The notes under the pieces were generated by a model. It did no database searches. It had not been told where the DNA came from and saw nothing but the letters and a program-made list of their open reading frames with translations. The position numbers were made by a program, and so were the translations under genes. This document shows positions 1 to 12,045 of a stretch of DNA of 64,000 bases, piece by piece (the stretch's first letter is position 1; every line of letters begins with the position of its first letter). Source of the DNA: Paragordius varius (taxonomy: Eukaryota > Animalia > Nematomorpha); contig OZ176054.1 in the NCBI GenBank assembly GCA_964247055.1, positions 1,178,001 through 1,242,000 on the forward strand. Direction: 5' to 3'.

Positions 1-152
1 GCTTGACGCATCTGCAGTTACTAATACCCAAAAAAGTATATTAAAAAATTTAATATATAGTTCAGGGTAACAAAGAAGCATTTTAAGAGCCGCATGCGGC
101 CCAGGAGTCGTGGTTAGAGTTGTATATATTTTCAATTAATTAAATATATTAC

Positions 153-3100
153 TGAGTTTGACTGTACCATTGGAATCAATCATGATATTGGTAGATTTTA
201 TGTCTCTATGTACAATATATTTGGAATGAATATGAGATAAGGCTTCCAAGATCTATGAAAAAAGTGGCAAAAAGTTATAAGACATCCTGTTAATTTTTAG
301 TTTAATTTACTCTTAATTCTTTATTTAATATATCCTACACTTATATATCCATAAGGTTTTACAGGTTTAAATTGATGTATATATTAAAAACCTGTTGTGG
401 CGTAAAAATGATGTTTTAGCCTAACATAGATTAAAACAAACGTATATTACGGGGTTCAGAAATATCTTGATGAGTATATATTATGGACAAATATTTCAGG
501 ATTTTTCTGCTATTTTTAACTTTGAGCTTTACCAATAAAAAAGCTAACGATGTTATTTCTCCATATCAAAATAGCCCAAATTTAGTGGAAGTTACGATCA
601 TCGTTTCAGAAAATTTTTAAAAAATATCATAAACTATATTTAAAGACCGAAACAATATCTATAATATATTAAAATTTAATAGGCCTAAGTCTCACATTTT
701 CGGACTCGGTTAAAATGGATACATGTTTGAAGATTTGGGCAAGATTACAATTTAAATCAAATTATAAATAGTTATGGGTGAAATTAAAATGCATTAACTA
801 AAGGACCAACTGAAATGTTTAAGGACCAATTTGAAGTCCAAACGGTATCCTTCAAAGATTTTCGAAACAAAATTATTAATTTTGAAATTGTGTTCAAAAA
901 AAACATATTGAATATTTAATAGCTAGTTTATACATTGAAAATTATTTTTGAAAAGGGTACACTTTTTATGTAAAATTATTAGAACATCAATATGTATGGG
1001 TTTAAGGTCCAATTATAGATTATCGCTTTGGTTAAAGTTTGAAAGCCAGAAGTGATAACTAAACATTTTTATGAATCCTTTGGCATTTTAAATTGTATGC
1101 GTTGAACTTATTATTTCATATATACGATTCATCTCATATAAATGATAAATCTATCTATACATAAACCCGAAACCAAAAGCGACAATCCTGATACATATTT
1201 TTACAAGATTGTTAGATTTAAGCAGTATATTTTTTGTACTGTATCATACAATCACACCAATATTAAGTGCATGCATCGATAAACTTTATATTTTGAAACA
1301 CTAAAATAATAAATCATCCGAAATACGCTTAATTAAAATGATCGTGTGAAAGATAAATACTCAAAATCAGCATTTTATGTAACAAAATATAAAATTAACC
1401 TGATGACAGATTAAGGCTAGTAAAGGTTCGCAAAGCTTTTGACGAGCCAAATCACACAAAGTAACCCCATCAATGTTCTCCATGACGATCTGTGCATAAT
1501 GAAAAAAGCACTAATAGAGAGAGAAATGACACATATTGTAAATATTAATTCATGCAATTAGATAACTCCTTTACCCATAAACTGTGTCTATAAAAGCTGG
1601 AGCCAAGATATTTGACAATGTTGGGATGTTTAAGGTTCATCAATAAAAATATTTCACTGACCGCTTCGTAATTAAGCTGTTTCTTCTTGAGTTTTATCTT
1701 TTTTAATGCTACGTCATACTCTTTACGATATTTGGCAAGGAACACAGTACCAAAGCCCCTAAAAAGTATAAAATCATTAAGTAAATAAACTACAATTTTA
1801 AAAATATTTTAAAAATAATTAAAAATTACCCTTTTCCAAGTTTTTTGCAAACATTATATTCGGGCGGGAAGTGTTTGATAATCTTTATTGTGCATTAAAA
1901 TAAATGTAAAAATGTTGATAGTAATAATATTTTTCAATAATTGTGTTTATGAAAAGAAAAATTTTAAGAGATACTCACCTCTTTCGGAGGTTCAACTGCA
2001 TCATGATAACTGGATACTAAAATATTGACGGTTTTATAATCAATTGTAAAAAGTATTTATATAAAATTTTATATAATACATGAATCATTTTGCCAACAAG
2101 ATTTCGCCGAACCATACTGAGATGAAACTAAATAAAGGTTAAAAATAGTATACTTTTAAAACATTCAAGATTTATTAAAATTTGATTGTATTGATATATA
2201 GAATAATGCCCAAAAAAATACCACAGTATAATTATAATCTACCTGTTTTTGCAGGCTCGAAATCACCAGCGCCCTCCTCTTGCGGCCCTACAATACTGTG
2301 GTAAACTAAATAAAAAAAATATTTACCTGTAAATAACAACAACTAAATGTTAATTTGAATAAACTTTGTCAGAATCGTATTTATTTAAATTGATTATATT
2401 TGGCATGTTAATCAAAACATTCTTCATACTTAAATAATATATTATTCTGTAATTACCTGATTCATTTCCTGGTTTTTCTTGCTTGGCATCTAAAAAAAGG
2501 TTAACAAATTACCATAAATCAAAAATATTTGAATTTATTTGACTATCTTTTATTTAATTGGAACGATATCGTTTTTTATAAATAACCTCACATATCGTAA
2601 CCTAAAATTACTTGGTGAATAACGGAACAAAGCTGGTACTTTAAATCATTTTCTCTGTTTTAAGGTTTTTTTAACACAATATTTTAATCGCTTATGAATT
2701 ATGCAAGCTAACTTTATTAACTTTATACATCCATATGTAATTATCCTTATTATTGTTTAAAAATAGTAATAAAAGTTATTGGGTAGTAAAAAAGATTTAC
2801 CAACTTTGCCGTAACACACGATATTTATTAAAAAATTGTAGGTTTATAATACCTGGAGGGGGACGACGCTTTTGGAACACCTTTCGAAGGGTTCCTAACA
2901 AGCTTTCTCCGGGCACCCCGAGTTTTCCCGCCTCACCATCTAAACAATAATTAATCAGCATTAGGATAAATTAAACTTGCACTCTTAAAGGCAAGCAAGA
3001 AATATTTAAAGAATCTTACCCGGCGGTTCCCTTCTCCTCTTCTGGAAGAACCCCCACCGGTTCTTCCACCGGGGACAACAGGCTCGATTCCTCCTAGAAT

Positions 3101-3212
3101 CGGCTGTTGTCCCCTCCTCACCAGCGTTGGCAATCACTTCCACTTCTTCTGCCTCTCCTCCCACACAAGAACTCCCACAAAAACACAGCGTTAAAAATGT
3201 TTTAAAGTTCAT
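153..3212 (-). CDS. Multi-exon Ser/Thr protein kinase, STE20/PAK-like catalytic domain; 3' end (DFG onward) lies left of the window
   Basis: Manually spliced GT-AG exons (approx. 3212-3020, 2939-2852, 2489-2457, 2306-2243, 2147-2078, 2016-1979, 1883-1829, 1759-1574, 1489-1403, 251-153) give one frame. It reads ...[53 protein letters not shown]|[14 protein letters not shown]..|[33 protein letters not shown], covering the G-loop, VAxK, alphaC Glu and HRDIKS catalytic loop. Confidence 0.9.
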
Positions 3213-5776
3213 AATATTAAAACACTTTTATGATTCAACAATCAAATCAAACTTAATATAAACCCTTCATCGCTATGTAACGATGATGTCATTTAGAATA
3301 ACACTATAATACATTATCAATATAAACCCTAATAAAATAAAACTACTCCTAAGCGCTGCCGTAAAATGCAGAGTATTTTAAGAACCCTGTTTAAAATATT
3401 GTACATACATTAATATAAAAAATTTAGTTAGATCAGACAAAAGAAATCCGAAGGTTATAAGCCATAAAATAAAATTTTCTTTATTCAACTAAACATCGTC
3501 GGCAATTTATAAATACAAACAAATGGAAATTCCAAAAAAATTATAATTACTACCGTCTATACATGGTAAATCACTCCTTATGGCTGTAATAATAATTTTA
3601 CAAAAGGCCCTTTTAAGATTTGGTCGTTTATTAATAATTATGGCAAGAGTCAATAAAAAATCGTATTAGACATAATTAATTAATAGTACCCTCCGTAATT
3701 TAATAGGATGGCATAATTTATAATGAAAATTAATCCTTTTTACCAAAATAGATTTATTATAGGTTGAATTTATGAATAATAATTTTTTAATTTTGTTATA
3801 AATAATTTTGTGTTAAAAAGATAGTTTTCCTGGTTGGATATTCACCTTTAAATGACGTACTTTAAGCGTTAAATTTATTGAAAATATCCTCAAGTTATTC
3901 CGTATTTTAGATATTATAAAAACCTTCCAAAACGACTTTGTAAAAATTTAAATTATTGCACATACCATGGGTGTATTTTGGTTATTTATTGACACTAAGT
4001 TTAAATATATAATAAATATATTCTAAATAAATGATAAATAAATGAAGCCCCCATATTTCATATATTTAAAGCCAATTAATCAGCTGGTTGGATCATTCAA
4101 ATTTTGTTTTTTATCTTAGTGTATAGGATTTCTCAATTTATTTTATTCTCTTTAACAAAATTTTATATTAGAAAACGAAAAATTCAACCAAAATTTTACT
4201 TAAACATTATGCATTAACCAACTTAATCGAGATTTGATAAACTCCTATTTAGCGCTTAAAAATTTTCATCATTTATTTATTAGCTGGCCTTGTCAAGCTA
4301 GTCTGAAAGATAATTAAGATTTTGTTATAACATAAGCTTTAAACTATTATTAAACTTCTTTACTATATAAATAGTGAATTTAATATACATACAATTAAAC
4401 AATGTACAATGTGGATTGGGAATGTGCATAGGTCTAATCAAAATCAAAGTAAAATTTTGTTATTCCTTAATATATGCGCCAAGAATTTCGCCGTGTATTA
4501 AATAGCCATTTAGTTTCCCCCAGCTTCTGTAAAAATAGGCATTTAAAAAATTTATTTTATTAGGTGTATACAAGTTTGTAAATATCAATAATATAATAGT
4601 GTTATAGATTTAAATTTCAATTTACTAGAAGCTTATCAGGAAAAGTTAGAATCATTTAACCTATGTAAAAATAATCGTTAGTCTGTTTATACAAATATAT
4701 TATGACTTTAAGGTACATATTTTCATATTTGAACCAGCTCAGAAAATCGCGTGCTTCCCAACAATATATACAAGATATGTTATATTTAGCAAATATTTGA
4801 TATCGAGTTAGATATTACCTATAATTAGGATAATATTTTGTATTACTGTATATAATAAAAACATAGTTTTACACAACTTTGTAAAATCCATAGAAGTGTG
4901 GAAAACACTAAAAGACCTTTTATTTTTGGAAAAATTTTATAAGCCAGATATTAATATAAATCAAATTGTCTATTAAAATGACTAGAAAATATATTTGTAT
5001 ATTTGATGACTATCATAATTTAACAGCTTATAGAAAATTTTAAATTCCAAATATAACTCCCTTATTGACATTAATCTCTATTAAGATTTAGTTTATAACT
5101 CAAAAACTCTTAATTTCTTATATAACGGGTGATTTGTCTGCACCATTTCGCTATGTTAAAAACTTTATTTATTGCAATATAGATAAAATATATTTTACAT
5201 GTATCATATTAATAATTTTTGCAATTGTATATTTTGGGAAAGCCGTGTTGTATTAGTTTTAAATGGCGGAAGATTTTTTGATATTTTACCTTAAAATATA
5301 TGGAATTATGAATGCAGTGTGTATTAATGAACATAATCTATACAGTTAACAATAAAGACATCAAAGTTCTGATTCAATAAAGTCAATCCTTAAGTGAGAA
5401 TATTTTACAACAATAAATTGTTTTGTGGGCGACTGAGTGATATGTATTTTTAAATGCAGTGTGTATTGGATGTAAAATAAATAGTAATTTTTACATATTC
5501 ATCAATAATTAAGTGGAATTATTTGGTATCATGTATATAATAATTTTTGAATAATTTTTTTTGTTAACATTATATTATAAAAAAGTGATTAAGAAACCGG
5601 ATATTTATCAAACAAACATTGGATTATCTGAAAAGTTTATAAATAATCCATCAATATATTAGGTGAGATTGTGTAGGACAGAAATACCTTAAGATATATT
5701 TACCGCAAAATAATTGTATTTCTTGTTTTATCACATTTTAGGCAAGATGAGAATGTTCATTTTTAGAGGAGGGGGG

Positions 5777-5920
5777 TTATAACCGTTGATTAGAAATAAG
5801 CCAAGTCAGGCCCTCAAAAAGACCATCTCCAGCTGTCGCACATGCAGGTTGAATGTACCAAGCTTTGTCTCGAATGCGATTAAGACCGAGTTTTTCTTTG
5901 AGTTCAGCAGGTTTCATAGT
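5777..5920 (-). pseudogene. ARF6: Orphan ARF6-like C-terminal coding segment (isolated last exon or 5'-truncated retrocopy)
   Basis: Minus strand reads [47 protein letters not shown], closely matching the ARF6 C-terminus ([41 protein letters not shown]). There is no AG acceptor directly upstream and I found no other ARF exons in the window. Confidence 0.75.
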
Positions 5921-6059
5921 TATTACATTTATAAAGATATACAAATTAATATTTTAGTTTCAACGTTTAAATGCAGAAGGTACGTTTATTCAGCTGATTC
6001 CAAATATTAATCTATAAAAGAAATTAACTTTAAATGAAAGAGTTCCAATCACAAAAAAG

Positions 6060-6520
6060 TACAAAAGTGTTTTGGGTATGGTTTAATCGTATGGAAAAAA
6101 ATGGCCAGAAGATAAGAATAACGGTTTATTTTAAGATTAAAAAAACCTATTTTTTAATAATAGAAGTATTCGCCGAAATAAGCATGTAGTTATAAAATAA
6201 TATTTTTCAGCTATTCCAATCAAAAACTATAATGAAATACTTTCAAGATCAAATAAATCCGTAATGTTTGGTAAAACCCTAAATTTTCTGTCCGCTTTGC
6301 TGATAAAACTATTTTATAAACATTTGGGATTCCCCTTTATATATCTTGGCATTAAATTTTATAACGCATATATCAGTAATAAACTGTTTGAGTTGTGCAA
6401 AAGAGACCTGGTAAAACCTGGCAACCGACTATTCAAGAAGACCTTTACTTTCTCAATATAACAATCGAACAAGCAGTAGACAGAAAGGAATGGAAAGCTA
6501 TATCACTCTTTCTTCCTTTG
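6060..6520 (+). mobile_element. Decayed 3' end of an RTE-like non-LTR retrotransposon
   Basis: About 6402-6505 reads RPGKTWQPTIQEDLYFLNITIEQAVDRKEWKA, resembling the RTE ORF C-terminal GRP.KTW...EDL....A.DR..W motif. A weaker W.GH..RM-like remnant lies near 6070-6110. Confidence 0.45.
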
Positions 6521-6974
6521 GAGGAGAAAATAGCGTATAAAGGGTATTAAAAAGTTTGACTGTATTTCTTAAAGTTGTAAGAAAACGCGAATGTGTAGCT
6601 TTATGATAAAATGTTCCACAAAATTAAAAGTAAAATTAACCATACTTTTATGATTTAATTTTTATTTGATCACTACCGTATGGGTTGTTATATATGTGTT
6701 TGTGAGGTGTTTAATTATATAGCCCCTATTTTTATGGACATAAAATATAAAAAGCAACATGCCCTTCATGCAAAAATAATTATGGTTAATGTAATTAATA
6801 AACCCGATAATTAGCAAGTTCTTAACGTTGTATTTGTTTAAATTAAGTTTTGGAGTTGTATCATTTTTGGCTCCATATAGATTACAAATATACTCTTTGA
6901 TCTAAACAGGAGATCATTGTAGAATTATGTTTTTACCAATATAAAAAACCAGCTCCTTATTTACATATAAAGCG

Positions 6975-7565
6975 CTTGGATACAACCTCAAATTTAAATC
7001 GTCTAACAAAAATCATATGGTAACGTAATTCGATTATTGGGGTTTCTAAATATCCCAGGCAATATTCAATTTGATATTTTTTAAAAACTACTAAAAGAAA
7101 CTGTTTCATTTTAAATTTATGCTTCTATCCTTACAAAAATTATATAAATAACCTACCTGAAATATCTCAATAAAATTTGGTTTTGAAAAAAGTTCCAATC
7201 AAACTACTTAGGAGCCCTTTTTATTTTATGCAAATTATCCTGTTTATTTAATTTTTAAGTTAAAATTGAAGCTTATTTTTATTTAAATCACATATTACAT
7301 TGATAGAAACAGAAAAAGTGGTTTATTTTATATTATTTTTATATTTGGCCAATATACATATGTTAGGTTCACTAAATTTTTACCTTTGGGTAATACCTAA
7401 AATAACTATCAAGTTTTTATATTTTGGTTGAGTATTGTTATATAAGTGCAAACTTTTGGCATGGTTTCAATTGCTTACATATTTTTTGAAGTGTCATTTT
7501 AAACAGGCCTAGGGTATCCAACTACCCCAATTTGAATCGAAGTAAAATAAAGTTGTATCCAAGTG
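6975..7565. repeat. Degenerate inverted-repeat (MITE-like) element abutting the left end of the Chapaev3 element
   Basis: cttggatacaac (~6975) is inverted to gttgtatccaag (~7552), and the subterminal ttcgatt..ttggggt..atcc.aggc motif is also mirrored. A similar end (taaacaggcct.ggg...atccaag) recurs at ~43525-43610. Confidence 0.45.
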
Positions 7566-8481
7566 TTAGAAAAACCCATTTTGGATATATTACACTGTGC
7601 AACAAAATATGGGGTCAATTTTCTGGACTTAATTTTCTAAATATTTTCTGATTCCTTATAGTATTGTGATCAGATTTGCGTGAAAAAATTTTTTACTTTC
7701 CTAGCTCGTGTTCGAGATATGGGACTTTTTTCATATTTGGACATATCCAAAATTTTCTTGTTTGTAAATATTTTTCGCTATGTAAACGAATAATATGTGG
7801 CTTACATAAGTATTTTTACAAGAAATTACCAATTTATCTTCAAAATAAAAAAAAATTTACTTAAAATATCCAATACTTTTTGTTTTAGGGGGCATAAACC
7901 CTCAAAAATTGGCTAACTTAACATTTTTTCACACAAAATATTTTTTTTCAAATTATTAAATCAAAACAAACTTTATTATATGTTCTTGGATGTTAATAAT
8001 GTTTGTTTAAATATAAATATCACTTTGTAATAGCTTTGTGGACTTTTATTTTTAAAAATAAATTTAATTTTTACAGCTTTTTTGTTGCTTTTTTTATGTA
8101 AAAAATAATTTAATTTAGTCAGCTGTAAATACTAATTTCATATTTTCATCTAAAATTTTTAAATTTTGACCATATATGGTGGCATAAATGTTGATTCGTT
8201 AGCTTCATTTTTAAATATAAAATAATATAAAATGGACAATGATTCTTATATAAAGTGATTGAATTCTGAATCGGAAAAATCGTCTGCCTTTTGGATAAGA
8301 GAAGAAAACACCTTGATACCATCAAATACATTATATATATATACTTTAGGGATATGGATGATTCCCTCTTTGTCAAGAGTACAATCTAAAGAAGCTTATT
8401 ACCCTGATGAAGTTTTACGACACTCGGAAATGAATTCTTTTTTAAAAAAGTTTAATCACCCATAAAATTTCAGTTGTTTAG

Positions 8482-10125
8482 GGAACAGTATATGGATTTA
8501 TTTGATATGATGGATGATACTGATTTGGAGTTTTATCAGCAAGATATAAATGATACTAATAAATTAAGTGGCACTGAGGTGATATCCCTAATCAAAAAGT
8601 TGCATCTCTCAAAACGGTATTTTTAGAAAAAATAATAGATTTGCGCATTTTATAATTTATTTTAATTTACAGTCATGTATATGTAGAATTGACAGAAATT
8701 CGTTTTTAAATGATTATAATTTGTTTTTAATTGTTTTAATGTTTGATATGTCAACTTTCAACATGCGCATTTTTAAGCATTAAAATAATAATAGCCTATT
8801 TATTGTAAACAATTAAAAACAAAGTAAAATCAATTAAAAACGTATATCTGACAATTCTAGACATACATGACTGTACTTAAGCTGAAATGCTTTAAATATA
8901 TAAGTTAAATTTTGTATTTATCTTTGAATAAGCTAAGCATTTTTTTAATATATTATTATATTAGGTCGTCCGAACTTATGGTGAGGACTCTTAATCGAAA
9001 GAATTTAACTGACATCAATATAACCAGTTTTTGGAATAGAGGAATAAATTTCCGAAAATATTTTTCCGAAAACAGTTATTTATCATGGTGTCATGATATA
9101 ATTGGCTTAATGCAGGAAATGAATTATCCATATGATTCATCACAATGGGTATTATTTCTAGACGCTTCTCAGGTATATAATATTTTACATCTTTAGGAAA
9201 GTTTGAAGGCATTTTTATTGGACCGTGCCGGAGAGCACAGGCCAATATTAATAGCATTCAGCCGAGTTTATAGGGAAACCTATGATAATTTTGAAAATAT
9301 TTTGCAACTCCTCCGATACAACTTCCATTATTGGCATGTAACAGGGGATTATAAAGTTTCTAAAATTCTAATATTTTTATAGGTCATGGGACTGCTTTAC
9401 GGAATACAGAAAGGATTTCCTAAATTCTTTTGTCCTTTGTGTGAGTGGGACTCGCGGGACACCGATAACCATTACACAAAAAAAAATTGGCCCGTCCGAA
9501 CTTATGAAGTTGGGCCCAAGAATCAGACTAATTCTCCATTAATATCAGCTAACAAATTTGTTTTGCCGCCATTGCACACACTGCTTGGATTGGCCAAAAC
9601 ATTTTTGTGCAGTCTCGATAAAAATGGCGAAGCTTGGGCCCATTACTTCAGGAAGTTCAGGATGACGCCTGCCAAAATTAACGCCGCAGTTTTGATAGGG
9701 CCGCAGGTATTATACATTTAATTTTAGGTTACGAATCTTTTCAATGATGTTGCATTTGAATCTAAAATGCAACCCACAGAAAAAGCGGCATGGGTTGCAT
9801 TGCGAACTTTTTCTCAAAATTTTTTGGGAAATACAAAAAATAAGAACCATCTGGAATTAGGCAATCGTTTAATCGATTCTTTCAATAGGATGGGTATGTA
9901 TGTTATAATACATTTGTTTTTTAAACAAATGTATTAATTTTTATCCTATAGGATGCCGCATGAGTCTAAAGCTCCATATGGTGGATTCCCATCTACGTTT
10001 TTTTCCAAAAGACTCAATTAGTGACCAAAGAGGAGAAAAGGGTCACCAGCTTTTGAAACCCTTCGAAAAAACCTATCGAAACAATATAAATTTAATTTGC
10101 GATTATATATATATATATATATGAA
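8482..10125 (+). CDS. Spliced Chapaev3-like DDE transposase, reading frame apparently intact; start codon not resolved
   Basis: Exons 8482-8616, 8965-9172, 9197-9355, 9383-9706, 9728-9893 and 9952-~10125 join in frame. They read ...LIKKLHLSKRSSELMVRTL..WVLFLDASQ|ESLKAFLL..WHVTGDYK|VMGLLYGIQKGFPKFFCPLCEWDSR..LPPLHTLLGLAK..IGPQ|VTNL..EKAAW..FLGN..RMG|CRMSLKLHMVDSHL..SDQRGEKGHQ. The candidate catalytic residues are D (FLDAS), D (GDYK) and E (GEKGH). Confidence 0.88.
8670..8873. mobile_element. ~200 bp Tc1/mariner-type MITE (TA TSD, CAGT termini) nested in a transposase intron
   Basis: Ends read ta|CAGTCATGTATATGTAGAATTGACAGAAATTCGTTTTTAA ... TTAAAAACGTATATCTGACAATTCTAGACATACATGACTG|ta, an imperfect TIR of about 40 bp. 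Confidence 0.75.
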
Positions 10126-12045
10126 TAAATAAATTATTATTTTATTTTTTCTACACCTAATTTACTTTATTATTCTAGATTAGATTATCCGTGTCTTAAA
10201 ATCTTTTGACCAAAATATATTCTAAATATTCACTCTAATAACTGATTATAATTAGGATTTGCATATAGTTCAATATAATATGATGAAATTATTTATTAAT
10301 GATATATATTATTAGGCATATTCTTCAATTTTCTCTGCACAGTCGTCCATATTGAAAGCTAATCTATTAGCTGATGTGATATACAAATTGTGCGATTGGG
10401 TACTTTGTCATGATAATATAACTACCTATCAATAAAATACTTTTATGTGGCAGACGCCAAAATCGAATTGGTAAATAATTTTAAATACTTGGGCGATGTC
10501 ATACATTGTCTAGGTGGAATAAACAAATCAGTTAAATATAGATCCCAACAGGTTGGGGTAAAATATCATTAACTTAAATTTATGCTTAAACATATATCAG
10601 CAAAAAACAAAGGTTGACTAGAGTGTTGATAAGCGACAATAGTTTAAAATAAATGAAACGTTAACGACAAAAAATAATTTAACTGAAGAGACGATAACCC
10701 AAATAAAATTTTTAAGAATATATGGTTAAAATTATTAAAAATATAATTTAGTATATGAGGGTGCTTTCCTTTGATTTCCCTGTGGCATACGTACTGTTCC
10801 CTAAACAACTGAAATTTTATGGGTGATTAAACTTTTTTAAAAAAGAATTCATTTCCGAGTATCGTAAAACTTCATCAGGGTAATAAGCTTCTTTAGATTG
10901 CACTCTTGACAAAGAGGGAATCATCCATATCCCTAAAGTATATACATATAATGTATTTGATGGTATCAAGGTGTTTTCTTCTCTTATCCAAAAGACAGAC
11001 GATTTTTCCAATTCAGAATTCAATCACAAATTTATATAAGAATCATTGTCCATTTTATATTATTTTAAAATATTTAAAAATGAAGCTAACGAATCAACAT
11101 ATCTGCCACCATATATGGTCAAAATTTAAAAATTTCAGATGAAAAAATGAAATTAGTATTTACAGCTGACTAAATTAAATTATTTTTTACATAAAAAAAG
11201 CAACAAAAAAGCTGTAAAAATTAAATTTATTTTTAAATATGAAAGTCCACAAAGCTATTACAAAGTGATATTTATATTTAAACAAACATTATTAACATCC
11301 AGGAACATATAATAAAGTTTGTTTTGATTTAATAAATTGATAAAAAATATTTGTGTGAAAAAATGTTAAGTTAGCCAATTTTTGAGGGTTTTTGCCCCCT
11401 AAAACAAAAAGTATTGGATATTTTAAGTAAATTTTTTTTTTATTTTGAAGATAAATTGGTAATTTCTTGTAAAAATACTTATGTAAGCCACATATTATTC
11501 GTTTACATAGTGAAAAATATTTACAAACAAGAAAATTTTGGATATGTCCAAATATGGAAAAAGTCCCATATCTCGAAAACGAGCTGGAAAAGTAAAAAAA
11601 TTTTTACGCAAATCTGATCACAATACTATAAGAAATCAGAAAATATTTAGAAAATCGAGTCCAGAAAAAAGTTGTGTCACAGTGTTATCGAAAAGCTTAA
11701 CTAACATCCTAATTATGTATTTTGTTACAAATAATTGGATAATCTCTTATTTTTATGACCATTAATTTTATCCTATGTAAAAATATTCATATGTCATAAA
11801 CTTGATTGCGCTCGCTCGGCGTGGTCGGCTACACATTTTTGAAACCTATAAAAAATAAAAGTAATTGTAACTTTTATTGTTTATAATGGTTTATTTTTTA
11901 ATTTATTAATTCTTACACGAAATTCTTATATTGCGCTTAGACATATGGAGAAAAAATAGTAACATAATATAAATATCATTGTGTGTTTTGCTTTAAAAAA
12001 TTTTTATATTATTAATATTTTTTATTTTAGCGATATTTAAACATC

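Larger units (their letters stand above)
7593..11684 (+). mobile_element. Chapaev3-type (CMC superfamily) DNA transposon, ~4.1 kb, with ~0.9 kb terminal inverted repeats and TTA target-site duplication
   Basis: The element starts CACTGTG at 7593 and ends CACAGTG at 11684, with tta on both flanks. Arms 7593-8490 and 10792-11684 are inverted copies (the mirror ORFs 8259..8465+ and 10817..11023- differ at only 4 of 68 aa). The internal transposase carries Chapaev3-like motifs. Confidence 0.88.

Noticed and set aside
8146-11142. ORF-track pairs 8146..8376/10906..11142 and 8259..8465/10817..11023 as duplicated small genes
   Set aside because: They are mirror images inside the two TIRs. Only part of the left-arm plus-strand frame is likely to be transposase exon.
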